Both the position numbers and the translations under genes were made by a program. The notes below the pieces were generated by a model. It saw only the letters and a program-made list of their open reading frames with translations, did not search any database and was not told the DNA's origin. From contig JBBRLM010000010.1 of NCBI GenBank assembly GCA_038231335.1, forward strand, positions 52,580-116,579: a stretch of 64,000 nt of DNA, given 5' to 3'. Positions 19,019 to 27,896 of this stretch are shown here, one piece after another (positions within the stretch are counted from its first letter, which is position 1; every line of letters begins with the position of its first letter). Source of the stretch: Mycobacteriales bacterium (lineage in GTDB: Bacteria; Actinomycetota; Actinomycetes; Mycobacteriales; Pseudonocardiaceae).

Positions 19019-19041
19019 GGGTTCTCCGTAGGCTCGGCTAA

Positions 19042-19081
19042 GCGGAAAGCTGTTCCGCCAACATACGGAAAGATATTCCGT
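19042..19081. promoter_or_regulatory. Tandem TetR operators
   Basis: GCGGAAAGCTGTTCCGC (19042-58) and ACGGAAAGATATTCCGT (19065-81) between divergent AKR and TetR genes. Confidence 0.75.
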
Positions 19082-19102
19082 TTAGGCAAGGGGGGCGATG
19101 GG

Positions 19103-19702
19103 GTGGTGCACGACTCCACGGCGCCGCGGCGGCGGCGTGCCGACGCGCGACGCAACGTGGACGCGGTGATCGAGGCCGCGCGGACCGTGTTCGCCACGTC
19201 CGGGGTGGAGGCGCCGGCGAAGGAGATCACCGACCTGGCGGGAGTCGGGGTCGGCACCCTGTACCGGCATTTCCCGCAGCGCGCCGACCTGGTCAAGGCC
19301 GTCGTGGAATCGGGGATCGACGCCGTCGCCGATGCCGGCCCGGAGCTCGGTGCCGCGCACCGGCCGGCCGACGCGCTCGCGCTGTGGATACGCCGGTTCA
19401 CCGACCTGCTGGCGAGCAAGCGCGGACTCGCCTCCGCGCTGCACTCGGGAGATCCGGCGTTCTCCGGACTGCCCGACTACTTCGTGGCGCGCCTCGGCCC
19501 CACCCTCGCAGCGTTGCTCGAGGCCGCGGTGGCCGAGGGCGCGGTCCGCGCCGACATCGGCGCCGAGGACCTCCTGCACGCCATCACGCAGCTGTCCCAA
19601 CCCGTCCCCGGGCGGGGGTCCGAGCACAACCAGCGCATCGTCGCGGTGTTCGTCGACGGCCTACGCCACAGCGGTGCCGGCGGGGGCGTGTCTCAGGCGT
19701 AG
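19103..19702 (+). CDS. TetR/AcrR-family regulator
   Basis: RRADARRN, AGVGVGTLYRHFP HTH. Confidence 0.93.
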   Translation: MVHDSTAPRRRRADARRNVDAVIEAARTVFATSGVEAPAKEITDLAGVGVGTLYRHFPQRADLVKAVVESGIDAVADAGPELGAAHRPADALALWIRRFTDLLASKRGLASALHSGDPAFSGLPDYFVARLGPTLAALLEAAVAEGAVRADIGAEDLLHAITQLSQPVPGRGSEHNQRIVAVFVDGLRHSGAGGGVSQA

Positions 19703-21069
19703 GACCGCCGGGGTGCGGCCCCGGCCATCGGCACGACCTGCTGTTCCAACCGGGCGGCGGCTGCGAGCAGCGCGGCCTCCGACCCGGGCCTGCCCACGAG
19801 CTGCACGCCCACGGCGCGCCCGCCGACCAGTACGGGCGCCACCACGGCGGGCAGCCCGGCCAGGTTCCAGGCCTGCGTGAACGGCACCTGCGCGGCGGAG
19901 ATCCGCAGCGTGGACAGGTAGCCGCGGCCCGCCATCGACCCGGCGGGCACGGGCGGCCCGGCCACCGCGGGCCCGACCAGCATGTCGTGGCCGCCCTCGT
20001 CGAACCAGGTGATCATCTGCGCGCGCCAGGCCTGCGCCGCGGCCGGACGGGGCCGGGTGAGGAGCTCGAAGCGGCGTCCCTTGCGGGCGATGACGGCGGT
20101 GCGCCGGTCGAGCCGGGACGGATCGAGATCGAGTGCGGCGACGTCACGGGCGACGCCGGCGTGCCAGCGCCGCATCCACTGCGACGTCAGGCCGCGGGGG
20201 TACGGCGGATCGGCGATCGTGACGACGGCGCCGCCGGGGCCGGCGCGGAGCCGGGCAGCGGCCCCCACGGCGGCCGCCCGGTGGTCGGGGTGCAGCCGTC
20301 CGACCGGTGAGGGGTTGCGCACCGACAGCGCGATGCGGGCGGGGCCGGGCACGTCGAGTTCGCACGGCTCGCCGCTCAGTACGGCGAGCATCAGGGCGGC
20401 GTCGCCCGCGGTGCGCGCCAGGGGCCCGACCGCGGACAGCCCGCACCAGTGCTCTTCCGCCCCGCCCGGCAACGGGACGACTCCCGAGCCGGGTTTGAGT
20501 CCCACGATCCCGCAGTAGGCGGCCGGGATGCGGATCGAGCCGCCACCGTCGGTGCCCAGCGCGAGCGTGGCCATCCCGGCCGCGACCGCGGCGGCGCTGC
20601 CCCCGCTGGAGCCGCCGGGGTCCAGGGTGGGGTCGAGCGGGTTGCGGGTGACGCCCAGCGCGGACTGGGTGAACCCCCACACCGCCAACTCGGGCATCCG
20701 GGTCTTGCCGACGACGATCGCTCCAGCCGCACGCAGCCGCTTGACCAGCTCGTCGTCGCGCCGTGCGGGTTCGGTGGAGGTGGCCGCGGAGCCGTGCCGG
20801 GTGGGGTAGCCGGCCACATCGACGCAGTCCTTGATCGCGACGGGCACCCCGGCCAGCGGCAGGGCGAACCGGTCGGCGCGGTTGTCGACGCCGCCGGCCT
20901 CGGCCAGCACCCGCTGCGGGTCGTGGGCCTGGAACGCGCCGATCTCCGGGTCGCGTTCGGCGATGCGGGCCAGGTGGGCCCGGGCCACGTCCACCGCGCT
21001 GCTGCGGCCGTCGTGCACGCGCGCGACGATTCCGGCCGCGGTGAGCGTGGTCAGGTCGACGTCCTCCAT
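19693..21069 (-). CDS. Amidase (amidase-signature family)
   Basis: GVPVAIKD, PGGSSGGSAAAVAAG, GTDGGGSIRIPA. Confidence 0.93.
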   Translation of the reverse strand: MEDVDLTTLTAAGIVARVHDGRSSAVDVARAHLARIAERDPEIGAFQAHDPQRVLAEAGGVDNRADRFALPLAGVPVAIKDCVDVAGYPTRHGSAATSTEPARRDDELVKRLRAAGAIVVGKTRMPELAVWGFTQSALGVTRNPLDPTLDPGGSSGGSAAAVAAGMATLALGTDGGGSIRIPAAYCGIVGLKPGSGVVPLPGGAEEHWCGLSAVGPLARTAGDAALMLAVLSGEPCELDVPGPARIALSVRNPSPVGRLHPDHRAAAVGAAARLRAGPGGAVVTIADPPYPRGLTSQWMRRWHAGVARDVAALDLDPSRLDRRTAVIARKGRRFELLTRPRPAAAQAWRAQMITWFDEGGHDMLVGPAVAGPPVPAGSMAGRGYLSTLRISAAQVPFTQAWNLAGLPAVVAPVLVGGRAVGVQLVGRPGSEAALLAAAARLEQQVVPMAGAAPRRSYA

Positions 21070-21136
21070 CCCCTCACCATTGCACTGATCAGGGGTTGTC
21101 CGCGACCGACCCGCCGCTGACGTTCAGGCGGGCTCC

Positions 21137-21161
21137 GAGTTGAGTCGGACCGGCTCAACTC
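21137..21161. promoter_or_regulatory. HAIR-like (HspR) inverted repeat
   Basis: GTTGAGT-CGGACCG-GCTCAAC vs CTTGAGT-N7-ACTCAAG. Confidence 0.5.
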
Positions 21162-21165
21162 GAGC

Positions 21166-21196
21166 TTGACTCTGCACCATGTCGAGGGCCCATGAT
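21166..21196 (+). promoter_or_regulatory. Promoter with 19-bp spacer (MerR-type), leaderless MFS transcript
   Basis: TTGACT-N19-CATGAT, 6 nt before ATG 21203. Confidence 0.55.
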
Positions 21197-21202
21197 TGAG
21201 CG

Positions 21203-22405
21203 ATGAGGACTCAACTTCTGTCGCGCGGTTTTCGTGTTTGGGTGGGCGCCGCGACGCTGTCGCAGGTCGGCGACGCGATCGTGTACTTCGCTCTGGGCTG
21301 GGCCGCGAGCGGCTACGGGGGTGTGGCCGCGGGCCTGGTGCTGGCGGGGATCACCGTGCCGCGGACCGTGTTCATGCTGGTCGGGGGCGCGGTGGCCGAT
21401 CGGCTCGGCCCGCGCGCCGTCATGCTGACGGCCGACGCGGTGCTACTGGTCGGTTCGGTCGGCGCCGCCGTGGCCGTGGCGGTGGTGGGCACGCCGCTGT
21501 GGCTGCTGCTCACCGTCGCGGTGCTGATCGGCGTCGTCACGTCGTTCTACTTCCCGGCGTCGGGATCGCTTCCGGCCCGGCTGGTCCCGCGCGATCAGTT
21601 GCCCCGGGCCATGGCGCTGCGCAATGCGGGCATGCAGTTCGCGTCGGTCGCCGGGGGACCTCTGGGTGGGCCGCTGGTGATCGTGGGCGGGCTGGCGGGC
21701 GCACTCGGCGCGAACGCCGTGTCGTTCGTGGCTGTCCTCGCCGTCATGTTGCGACTGCGCCCCGCGGTGCCCGAGACGGTCGTGGTCCGGCGACCCCTGC
21801 TCACCGAGATCGGCGACGGGCTGCGGGTGGCGGCGCGGGTGCCGGCCCTGCGGCTGGTGCTCGTGCTCTACGCGCTGGCCGGCGGCTTCGTCCTGCCGGT
21901 CAGCTCGCTGCTCGTCCCGTTGCTGGGCCGTGAGCAGGGGTGGGACGCCGCGCACACCGGTTTCGTCGTCGGCGCGATCAGCGTCGGGGCGCTGGCCGGG
22001 GCGCTCGTGTTCAGCCGGACCGGAACGTGGCGGCGGGTCGGGCTCGCGTCCGGGGCCGGGCTGGTCGTGATCGCCTTCGGGGCGGTGGCGCTGGCCGTGG
22101 CGCCGTCGCTGGGGGTCGTCACCGGGGTGGTCACGGGTGTGGCGCTGGCGGTGTTCATCGCGCACGCGGGGCCGCTGATCGTCGCGTCGACGCCCGACAC
22201 GCACCTCTCCCGCGTGCAGGCGCTGCTCGGGGTGGTGCAGAGCGCTGCGCTGGTGGGCACGAACCTGCTGCTCGGGTGGCTGGCGCACGCCGGAGCCGGG
22301 CTCGCGTTGCTGGTGGCAGCCGGAGTGCTGGGGGCGACCGGTGTGCTCGCCGCCGTACACCCCGCTCTGCGGGCGGCTAGTGCGCCGCGGCCAGTGCCTC
22401 GGTGA
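21203..22405 (+). CDS. MFS transporter (macrolide-efflux/DHA3-like)
   Basis: LSQVGD, GGAVADRLGPR, ~12 TM. Confidence 0.9.
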   Translation: MRTQLLSRGFRVWVGAATLSQVGDAIVYFALGWAASGYGGVAAGLVLAGITVPRTVFMLVGGAVADRLGPRAVMLTADAVLLVGSVGAAVAVAVVGTPLWLLLTVAVLIGVVTSFYFPASGSLPARLVPRDQLPRAMALRNAGMQFASVAGGPLGGPLVIVGGLAGALGANAVSFVAVLAVMLRLRPAVPETVVVRRPLLTEIGDGLRVAARVPALRLVLVLYALAGGFVLPVSSLLVPLLGREQGWDAAHTGFVVGAISVGALAGALVFSRTGTWRRVGLASGAGLVVIAFGAVALAVAPSLGVVTGVVTGVALAVFIAHAGPLIVASTPDTHLSRVQALLGVVQSAALVGTNLLLGWLAHAGAGLALLVAAGVLGATGVLAAVHPALRAASAPRPVPR

Positions 22406-22781
22406 CGTCGTCGGCGATCGTGAACAGCTGGAGCAGGCCGGTGGCCTCGAGCGCCCGCTTGACGATGCGCGAGCCGGGCACGACCACGAGCCGGCAGCCG
22501 CGGTTCTCGGCGTCGTCCTTGGCCCCGACCAGCACGGCGAGGCCGGCCGAGCCGAGGAACGTGACGTCGGAGAGGTCGAGCACCAGGTGCGCGACCTGGG
22601 ACTGCTGCTCCAGGAGCCGGACCTGCAGCAGAGGGGCGGTCAGCGTGTCGAGCTCGCCGACGACGTGCAGCACGTGCACATCCGGGCCGTGGTCGACCAC
22701 GTCGAAACGGATGATCTCGCCGACGTCGGTGCCGTCACCGGCGCCCGTGTCGACAGGCGGATCGACGTTCATACTGCGCAC
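22377..22781 (-). CDS. STAS anti-anti-sigma factor
   Basis: GELDTLTAP, DLSDVTFLGSAGLAVL; AAGGAG RBS (start GTG 22781 or ATG 22772). Confidence 0.92.
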   Translation of the reverse strand: MRSMNVDPPVDTGAGDGTDVGEIIRFDVVDHGPDVHVLHVVGELDTLTAPLLQVRLLEQQSQVAHLVLDLSDVTFLGSAGLAVLVGAKDDAENRGCRLVVVPGSRIVKRALEATGLLQLFTIADDVTEALAAAH

Positions 22782-22888
22782 CGGCTCCTTGATGGACGTC
22801 CCGGACTCGTGACGCGGACTGTGTGCTCAACCGCCTCGGGAACCCTACGGCTCGGGCTACGACGGGCACAACACGACCCCCACTCCCC

Positions 22889-22913
22889 GTTTGAGCGGGT
22901 GTGACGCGGGGTA
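22889..22913 (+). promoter_or_regulatory. SigF-type promoter of DUF2795-like gene
   Basis: GTTT-N16-GGGTA. Confidence 0.75.
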
Positions 22914-22962
22914 CACCGAGTCAGGCGGACGCGGCGGGCGAACGCCTCACGAGGAGGTCACC

Positions 22963-23244
22963 GTGCACCGCAGCACCCCCCGCGCCGACGTCGAACGCCT
23001 CTCCCAGGTGCTCGCCGACGCCACGTTCCCGGCCGCGAAGTGGCAGCTCCTCATGCACGCGGAGCAGTACGGCGCCGACTCCGCGACCCGCACCGACCTG
23101 TGGGTGCTTCCGGCGGGCGACTACCGGTCGCTGACCGACGTGCTGGTCGCGCTCGGGCTGGTCACCGTCCCGGCGCGACGTCCGCCGGCCTACCGTCCGC
23201 AGCCCCGGATCCAGGCGGCGGAACGGGAGCAGAGCCCGGGCTGA
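22963..23244 (+). CDS. DUF2795-like small protein
   Basis: LADATFPAAKWQLLMHAEQYGAD..LP..YRSLTDV; GAGGAGG RBS. Confidence 0.75.
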   Translation: MHRSTPRADVERLSQVLADATFPAAKWQLLMHAEQYGADSATRTDLWVLPAGDYRSLTDVLVALGLVTVPARRPPAYRPQPRIQAAEREQSPG

Positions 23245-23324
23245 GAGCGGCCCGGAGGTCGTCGGGCCGGATGGTCACGCGGGGCGGTCGCGTCTCGTCG
23301 TCCGTGGTGGGAGATCCTGCCGGA

Positions 23325-23759
23325 ATGGCTGATCACTTCGCGGTCCGCGTCGGCGTCCGGAGCTACGAGATCGACGTGAACGGGCACGTCAACCACGCCA
23401 ACTACCACCGCTACGCCGAGCACGCCCGCACCGAGCACATGAACGCGGCGGGTTGCTCCATCGACCGGTTCACCGGGAGCGGCCTCGGCATCGTGCTCCT
23501 GGAGACGACCTGCCGGTTCCAGCGCGAGCTCCGCTACGGCGACGAGGTGGAGATCGACTCGCGGTTGTCGTTCGGGGAGGGGAGGACGTTCCGGATGGAC
23601 CACACGCTGCGCCGCGTCTCCGACGGCGTGGCCGCGGCCGAGATCGGCTGCACGATGGGCCTGCTGGACGCCGCAGCCCGTCGCCTGCTGCCCGAGCCCC
23701 GGGTGCGGCTGCTGGCCATGGCCACGAATCCGGAGCTGATCGTCGGGCTAGGGGGATGA
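23325..23759 (+). CDS. 4HBT-family acyl-CoA thioesterase
   Basis: VRSYEIDVNGHVNHANY hot-dog motif. Confidence 0.9.
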   Translation: MADHFAVRVGVRSYEIDVNGHVNHANYHRYAEHARTEHMNAAGCSIDRFTGSGLGIVLLETTCRFQRELRYGDEVEIDSRLSFGEGRTFRMDHTLRRVSDGVAAAEIGCTMGLLDAAARRLLPEPRVRLLAMATNPELIVGLGG

Positions 23760-23808
23760 GTATGCGAGGTCTGTGCGTGGGGGTCCGCGAAAACGGGTAC
23801 TCCGGCTC

Positions 23809-24000
23809 ATGTCCACACCCCCGGACGACCGCGCCCCCGACCTCCGCATCACGATTCCTGCGCCCCGACGATCGCCGGACCTGCAGCGGATCCTCGCCGA
23901 TGACGAGCTGATCGAGGCCGTCCGGATGGACCGGGTCACCCGCGACAGCCCCCGGGTGGCGCAGATGCTGGCGGTATGGCGCCGGTCGGTGCTCGCCTAG
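23809..24000 (+). CDS. 63-aa protein resembling the sigma-binding region of anti-sigma-D RsdA
   Basis: DLQRILADDELIEAV...VAQMLAVWRRSV pattern; no TM segment. Confidence 0.65.
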   Translation: MSTPPDDRAPDLRITIPAPRRSPDLQRILADDELIEAVRMDRVTRDSPRVAQMLAVWRRSVLA

Positions 24001-24033
24001 TACCGGTCCCCGTCCGCCCGTACCCTGATCGCC

Positions 24034-25011
24034 GTGGAAGAGCGACTCCCGTTCGTGCACGGCGACCGTGACGTCCTGCGCGTGCTGCTCGACCGGCGCG
24101 ACGCGGGCACCACGCCCGGCACCCGCGTCGACGAGCACCGCGTGGCGCTCGTGATCGGTGGCGGCGGCATGCGCGGCTCGTACGTGGCCGGCATGCTGCG
24201 CGCGCTCGACCGGGCCGGCCTGCGTCCCGGCTTCGACGAGGTCTACGGCTCCTCGTCCGGGGCGATCAGTGCGGCCGCGTTCCTCACCGGCAGCGCGGCC
24301 GACTGCGCCGCGTGCTTCCACGAGGACCTCAGCACGCCCGAGTTCATCAGCATGCGCCGGCTCGGCGGCCGGAAGCCGGTGGTCCGGCTCGACCACCTCC
24401 TCGATGAGGTGCTGCGCGTACGCAAGCCCCTGGACTGGGCCTCGCTCGGCCACACGCCCGCCCCGCTGCGGGTCGTGGCCACCGACACCGCCGATCTGCG
24501 GTCGGACGAGCTCCTCGGGATGAGCACGGTCGGAGAGTGGCGGCAGGCGCTGCAGGCCAGCGCGTCGATCCCGCTGCTGGCCGGCCCGCCGGTGTCCTAC
24601 GGCGGTCGCCGCTGGGTGGACGGCTCCGTCGGTGAACCCCTGGCCATGGCCAGGGCACTGCGCGGCGGTGCCACCCACGTGCTCGTGATGATGCCGCGCG
24701 GCACCGAGGCCATGCATCCCGACGCCGACGCGGGCCTGTCGCTGTGGGCCCGCGGTCTCGACCGGCTCGTGCCCGGCCTCGGCACCGTCGCCCAGGGATC
24801 GCGCCGCTACGGCGCCGACCTGCGCATCGTCACCGACGCGGCCCACCCCGACCGCGGCCCGGGCCACCTGATGGCGATCGGGCCCTGCCGTTCCGCGGAC
24901 GTCGGGGCGCTGTGCGTCGACGCCGGCCCGGTGGAGGCGGCGGTGAAGATCGGCGACGAGTCGGTCGTGACGGCGATCGAGGCGGCGGAGCGGGACCTCG
25001 ATCCGGCATAG
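24034..25011 (+). CDS. Patatin-like phospholipase
   Basis: GGGMRG, GSSSG nucleophile elbow, DG motif. Confidence 0.9.
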   Translation: MEERLPFVHGDRDVLRVLLDRRDAGTTPGTRVDEHRVALVIGGGGMRGSYVAGMLRALDRAGLRPGFDEVYGSSSGAISAAAFLTGSAADCAACFHEDLSTPEFISMRRLGGRKPVVRLDHLLDEVLRVRKPLDWASLGHTPAPLRVVATDTADLRSDELLGMSTVGEWRQALQASASIPLLAGPPVSYGGRRWVDGSVGEPLAMARALRGGATHVLVMMPRGTEAMHPDADAGLSLWARGLDRLVPGLGTVAQGSRRYGADLRIVTDAAHPDRGPGHLMAIGPCRSADVGALCVDAGPVEAAVKIGDESVVTAIEAAERDLDPA

Positions 25012-25020
25012 GGTTGGACC

Positions 25021-26328
25021 ATGGACCCAGCCGAGCGCCCCCGTGCCGCCGTCGTCGTCACCGGGAGCGAGTTGCTGACCGGTGTCATCTCGGACCGCAA
25101 CGGCCCGTTCCTGGCTGCGGCTCTCGGTGAGCTGGGCTTCGAGGTGGCGCACCTGCTGGTGGTCGGTGACCGGCCCGACGACCTCGCGGCCGCGCTGGCG
25201 TTCGTCGCCGATGCCGGGGTGGCGCTCGTCGTCACCAGCGGCGGGCTCGGCCCCACCGCCGACGACCTCACCGCCGAGGTCGTGGCATCGTTCGCGGGCG
25301 CCGACCTGGTGCTCGACGAGCCGATGCGCGACCACATCGCCGGCATCCTCGCGGGCTGGGCAGCGCGCACCGGCTTCTCCGGGCCGGCGCTGGACGAGGC
25401 CAACCGCAAGCAGGCGATGGTGCCGCGCGGTGCCGTCGCGCTCATGCCGGTGGGCACCGCGCCAGGGCTGGTCGTCAGCCGGCCGGGCGGCCCGCTCGTC
25501 GTCGTGCTGCCGGGGCCCCCGCGGGAGCTGCAGGGGATGTGGCCTTCCGCGCTCGCGTCCGCGCCCGTGGCCGAGCTGCTCGCGGCCGTGCCCGCGGCCG
25601 CGTCGAAGGAGCTGCGGTTCTTCGGGTTCCCCGAGTCGGAGATCGCGGCCACGCTGCGCGAGATCGGTGCTTCGCGGGACCTGTCGGGCGTCGAGGTCAC
25701 CACGTGCCTGCGCCGCTCCGAGCTGGAGGTGGACATCCGTCCGCTGCCGGGCTCGGAGGACGTGGCCGCGGAGCTGCACGCCGAGCTGGCGGCCCGCCAC
25801 GCGAAGCACCTCGTCAGCGCCGAGGGCACCACCACCGACGAGCTGCTGGCCAGGGCGCTGCTGGAGCGGGGCTGGACGGTGGCCACCGGGGAGTCGTGCA
25901 CCGGCGGGATGCTGGCGTCACGCCTGGTGGACCGGGCGGGGTCCAGCGCCTACGTCGCGGGTGGGGTGGTGGCGTACTCGAACGAGGCCAAGACCGCGCT
26001 GCTCGGCGTGCCGGCCGAGATGATCGCCGAGCACGGCGCCGTCTCGCCGGAGGTGGCCCGGGCACTGGCCGACGGCGCCCGCGCGCGGTTCGGCGCGGAC
26101 ATCGGTGTCGGGATCACCGGGGTCGCCGGGCCCGGTGGGGGCACGGAGGCGAAGCCGGTGGGCTACGTCTGCTTCTGCGTCACGACCGCTTCCGGGATCG
26201 TGCTCGCGCGCGACCCCCGCATGCCCGGCAGCCGCGCCGACATCCGCGAGCGCTCCACTGATCTGGCCATGCACCTCCTGTTGCGCGCATCCGGCGCCCG
26301 TGCGCGCCTATCACCGCCCGGGCAGTGA
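25021..26328 (+). CDS. cinA: CinA (MoCF-like pyrophosphatase + NMN deamidase PncC domain)
   Basis: GSELLTG, SGGLGPTADDLT, ESCTGG, GITGVAGPGGG. Confidence 0.92.
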   Translation: MDPAERPRAAVVVTGSELLTGVISDRNGPFLAAALGELGFEVAHLLVVGDRPDDLAAALAFVADAGVALVVTSGGLGPTADDLTAEVVASFAGADLVLDEPMRDHIAGILAGWAARTGFSGPALDEANRKQAMVPRGAVALMPVGTAPGLVVSRPGGPLVVVLPGPPRELQGMWPSALASAPVAELLAAVPAAASKELRFFGFPESEIAATLREIGASRDLSGVEVTTCLRRSELEVDIRPLPGSEDVAAELHAELAARHAKHLVSAEGTTTDELLARALLERGWTVATGESCTGGMLASRLVDRAGSSAYVAGGVVAYSNEAKTALLGVPAEMIAEHGAVSPEVARALADGARARFGADIGVGITGVAGPGGGTEAKPVGYVCFCVTTASGIVLARDPRMPGSRADIRERSTDLAMHLLLRASGARARLSPPGQ

Positions 26329-26347
26329 TATCCGCGCACGACCCCAG

Positions 26348-26941
26348 TCAGGCGGCTGGGAAGCGCTCGACGGCGTCGGCCCAGTTGACGACGTTCCACC
26401 AGGCCTTCACGTAGTCCGGCTTCACGTTCTTGTACTGCAGGTAGAAGGCGTGCTCCCACATGTCGAGCATGACGATCGGGGTGAGGCCGATCGGGACGTT
26501 GGCCTGCTGGTCCCACAGTTGCAGGATGTGCAGTTGCCGCCCGAGCGGATCGTAGGCGAGGACCCCCCAGCCCGAGCCCTGGATCGTGGTGGACGCGGCG
26601 GTGAACTGGCCCTGGAAGGCGTCGAAGGAGCCGAAGGTGTCGTCGATCGCGGCGGCGAGGTCTCCTGTGGGCTTGCCGCCGCCGTGGGGGGAGAGGTTCT
26701 CCCAGAACAGCGAGTGGTTGACGTGCCCGCCGAGATGGAAGGCGAGGGCCTTCTCCAGACCGACGATGGCGCCGAAGTCGCCCGTCTCGCGGGCGGCGGC
26801 GAGCTTGTCGAGGGTGTCGTTGAGGCCGTTGACGTAGGTCTGGTGGTGCTTGGCGTGGTGCAGTTCCATGATCTCGCCGGCGATGTGCGGGGCGAGTGCG
26901 CCGTAGTCGTAGGGCAGGTCGGGAAGCGAGTAGGCAGCCAC
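26348..26941 (-). CDS. sodA: Fe/Mn superoxide dismutase (Gln in DQQAN suggests Mn type)
   Basis: [39 protein letters not shown]. Confidence 0.96.
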   Translation of the reverse strand: MAAYSLPDLPYDYGALAPHIAGEIMELHHAKHHQTYVNGLNDTLDKLAAARETGDFGAIVGLEKALAFHLGGHVNHSLFWENLSPHGGGKPTGDLAAAIDDTFGSFDAFQGQFTAASTTIQGSGWGVLAYDPLGRQLHILQLWDQQANVPIGLTPIVMLDMWEHAFYLQYKNVKPDYVKAWWNVVNWADAVERFPAA

Positions 26942-26997
26942 GAGCTCTCCATCTGTTGCGCAGTGTTGGCAACAGCGATCCTTGCGCAGAAGGATCG

Positions 26998-27723
26998 TCA
27001 CCGCACGGCGAATCCCCGCAGTGCCCCCGTGTAGGGCTTCGTCGGCGGTCGGGCGAACTCCCCGCGCTTCCCGGTGGTGAGCCCCAGCGTCACGAGGCCC
27101 TCCACCGTCTTCGTGGCCGCGGCCACCCCGTCCACCACGGGCACGCCGACGGCCGCGCTGATGTGGGCGCAGAGCTCGGCCATGCCGGCGCAGCCCAGCA
27201 CGATCGCGTCGCAGCCGTCCTCGGCCACGGCGCGGCGGCACTCCTCGGTGATCACCCGTCGGGCGTCGGAGGTGGGATCCTCCAGCTCCAGGACCGGGAT
27301 CTCGCAGGCCCGGACGTTGCGGCACGCGCGCGGCGCCCCGTAGCGCTCCGCGAGCTCCCAGGCCCGTCCGGCGGTGCGCATGAGCGTGGTGACCACGCTG
27401 TACCCGCGTCCGAGGTAGGCGGCGGTGCGCATCGCCGCCTCCGCGATCCCGACGACGGGCCCGGCGGCCAGCTCGCGCGCGGCGTCCAGGCCGGGGTCGC
27501 CGAAGCAGGCCACGATGTAGCCGTCGGCGGGATGCCGCGCGATGGCGTTCAGGAGGCCGGGGACGGCGAGCGCCTCGTCGTAGTGGCTCTCGATCGACGC
27601 CGGGCCCATTGCCGGTGTCACGGCCACGATCTCGGTGTCCGGGGCTGCGACGGCGGTGGCCGCCACCCGGATCGTCTCCGTCATGGAGGCGGTGGTGTTG
27701 GGGTTGACCACGACGATGCGCAT
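26998..27723 (-). CDS. Asp/Glu/hydantoin racemase family (allantoin racemase-like)
   Basis: [25 protein letters not shown]. Confidence 0.9.
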   Translation of the reverse strand: MRIVVVNPNTTASMTETIRVAATAVAAPDTEIVAVTPAMGPASIESHYDEALAVPGLLNAIARHPADGYIVACFGDPGLDAARELAAGPVVGIAEAAMRTAAYLGRGYSVVTTLMRTAGRAWELAERYGAPRACRNVRACEIPVLELEDPTSDARRVITEECRRAVAEDGCDAIVLGCAGMAELCAHISAAVGVPVVDGVAAATKTVEGLVTLGLTTGKRGEFARPPTKPYTGALRGFAVR

Positions 27724-27896
27724 GCGGCCCATTCTTCCCGGGTGGCGGCCGGGCCCCGTATGCCGTAGCTTCCTGCAAGCAAGTTGCAACAGACTCCGCT
27801 GGTGATCGTTCTGGCAGCTCGGCACCCGCGGGGGGTGGTGTGGTCGGCCGCTGTCTCGGAACAGCGGCCGACCCCCGCTCCTGTCACGATGGAGCG

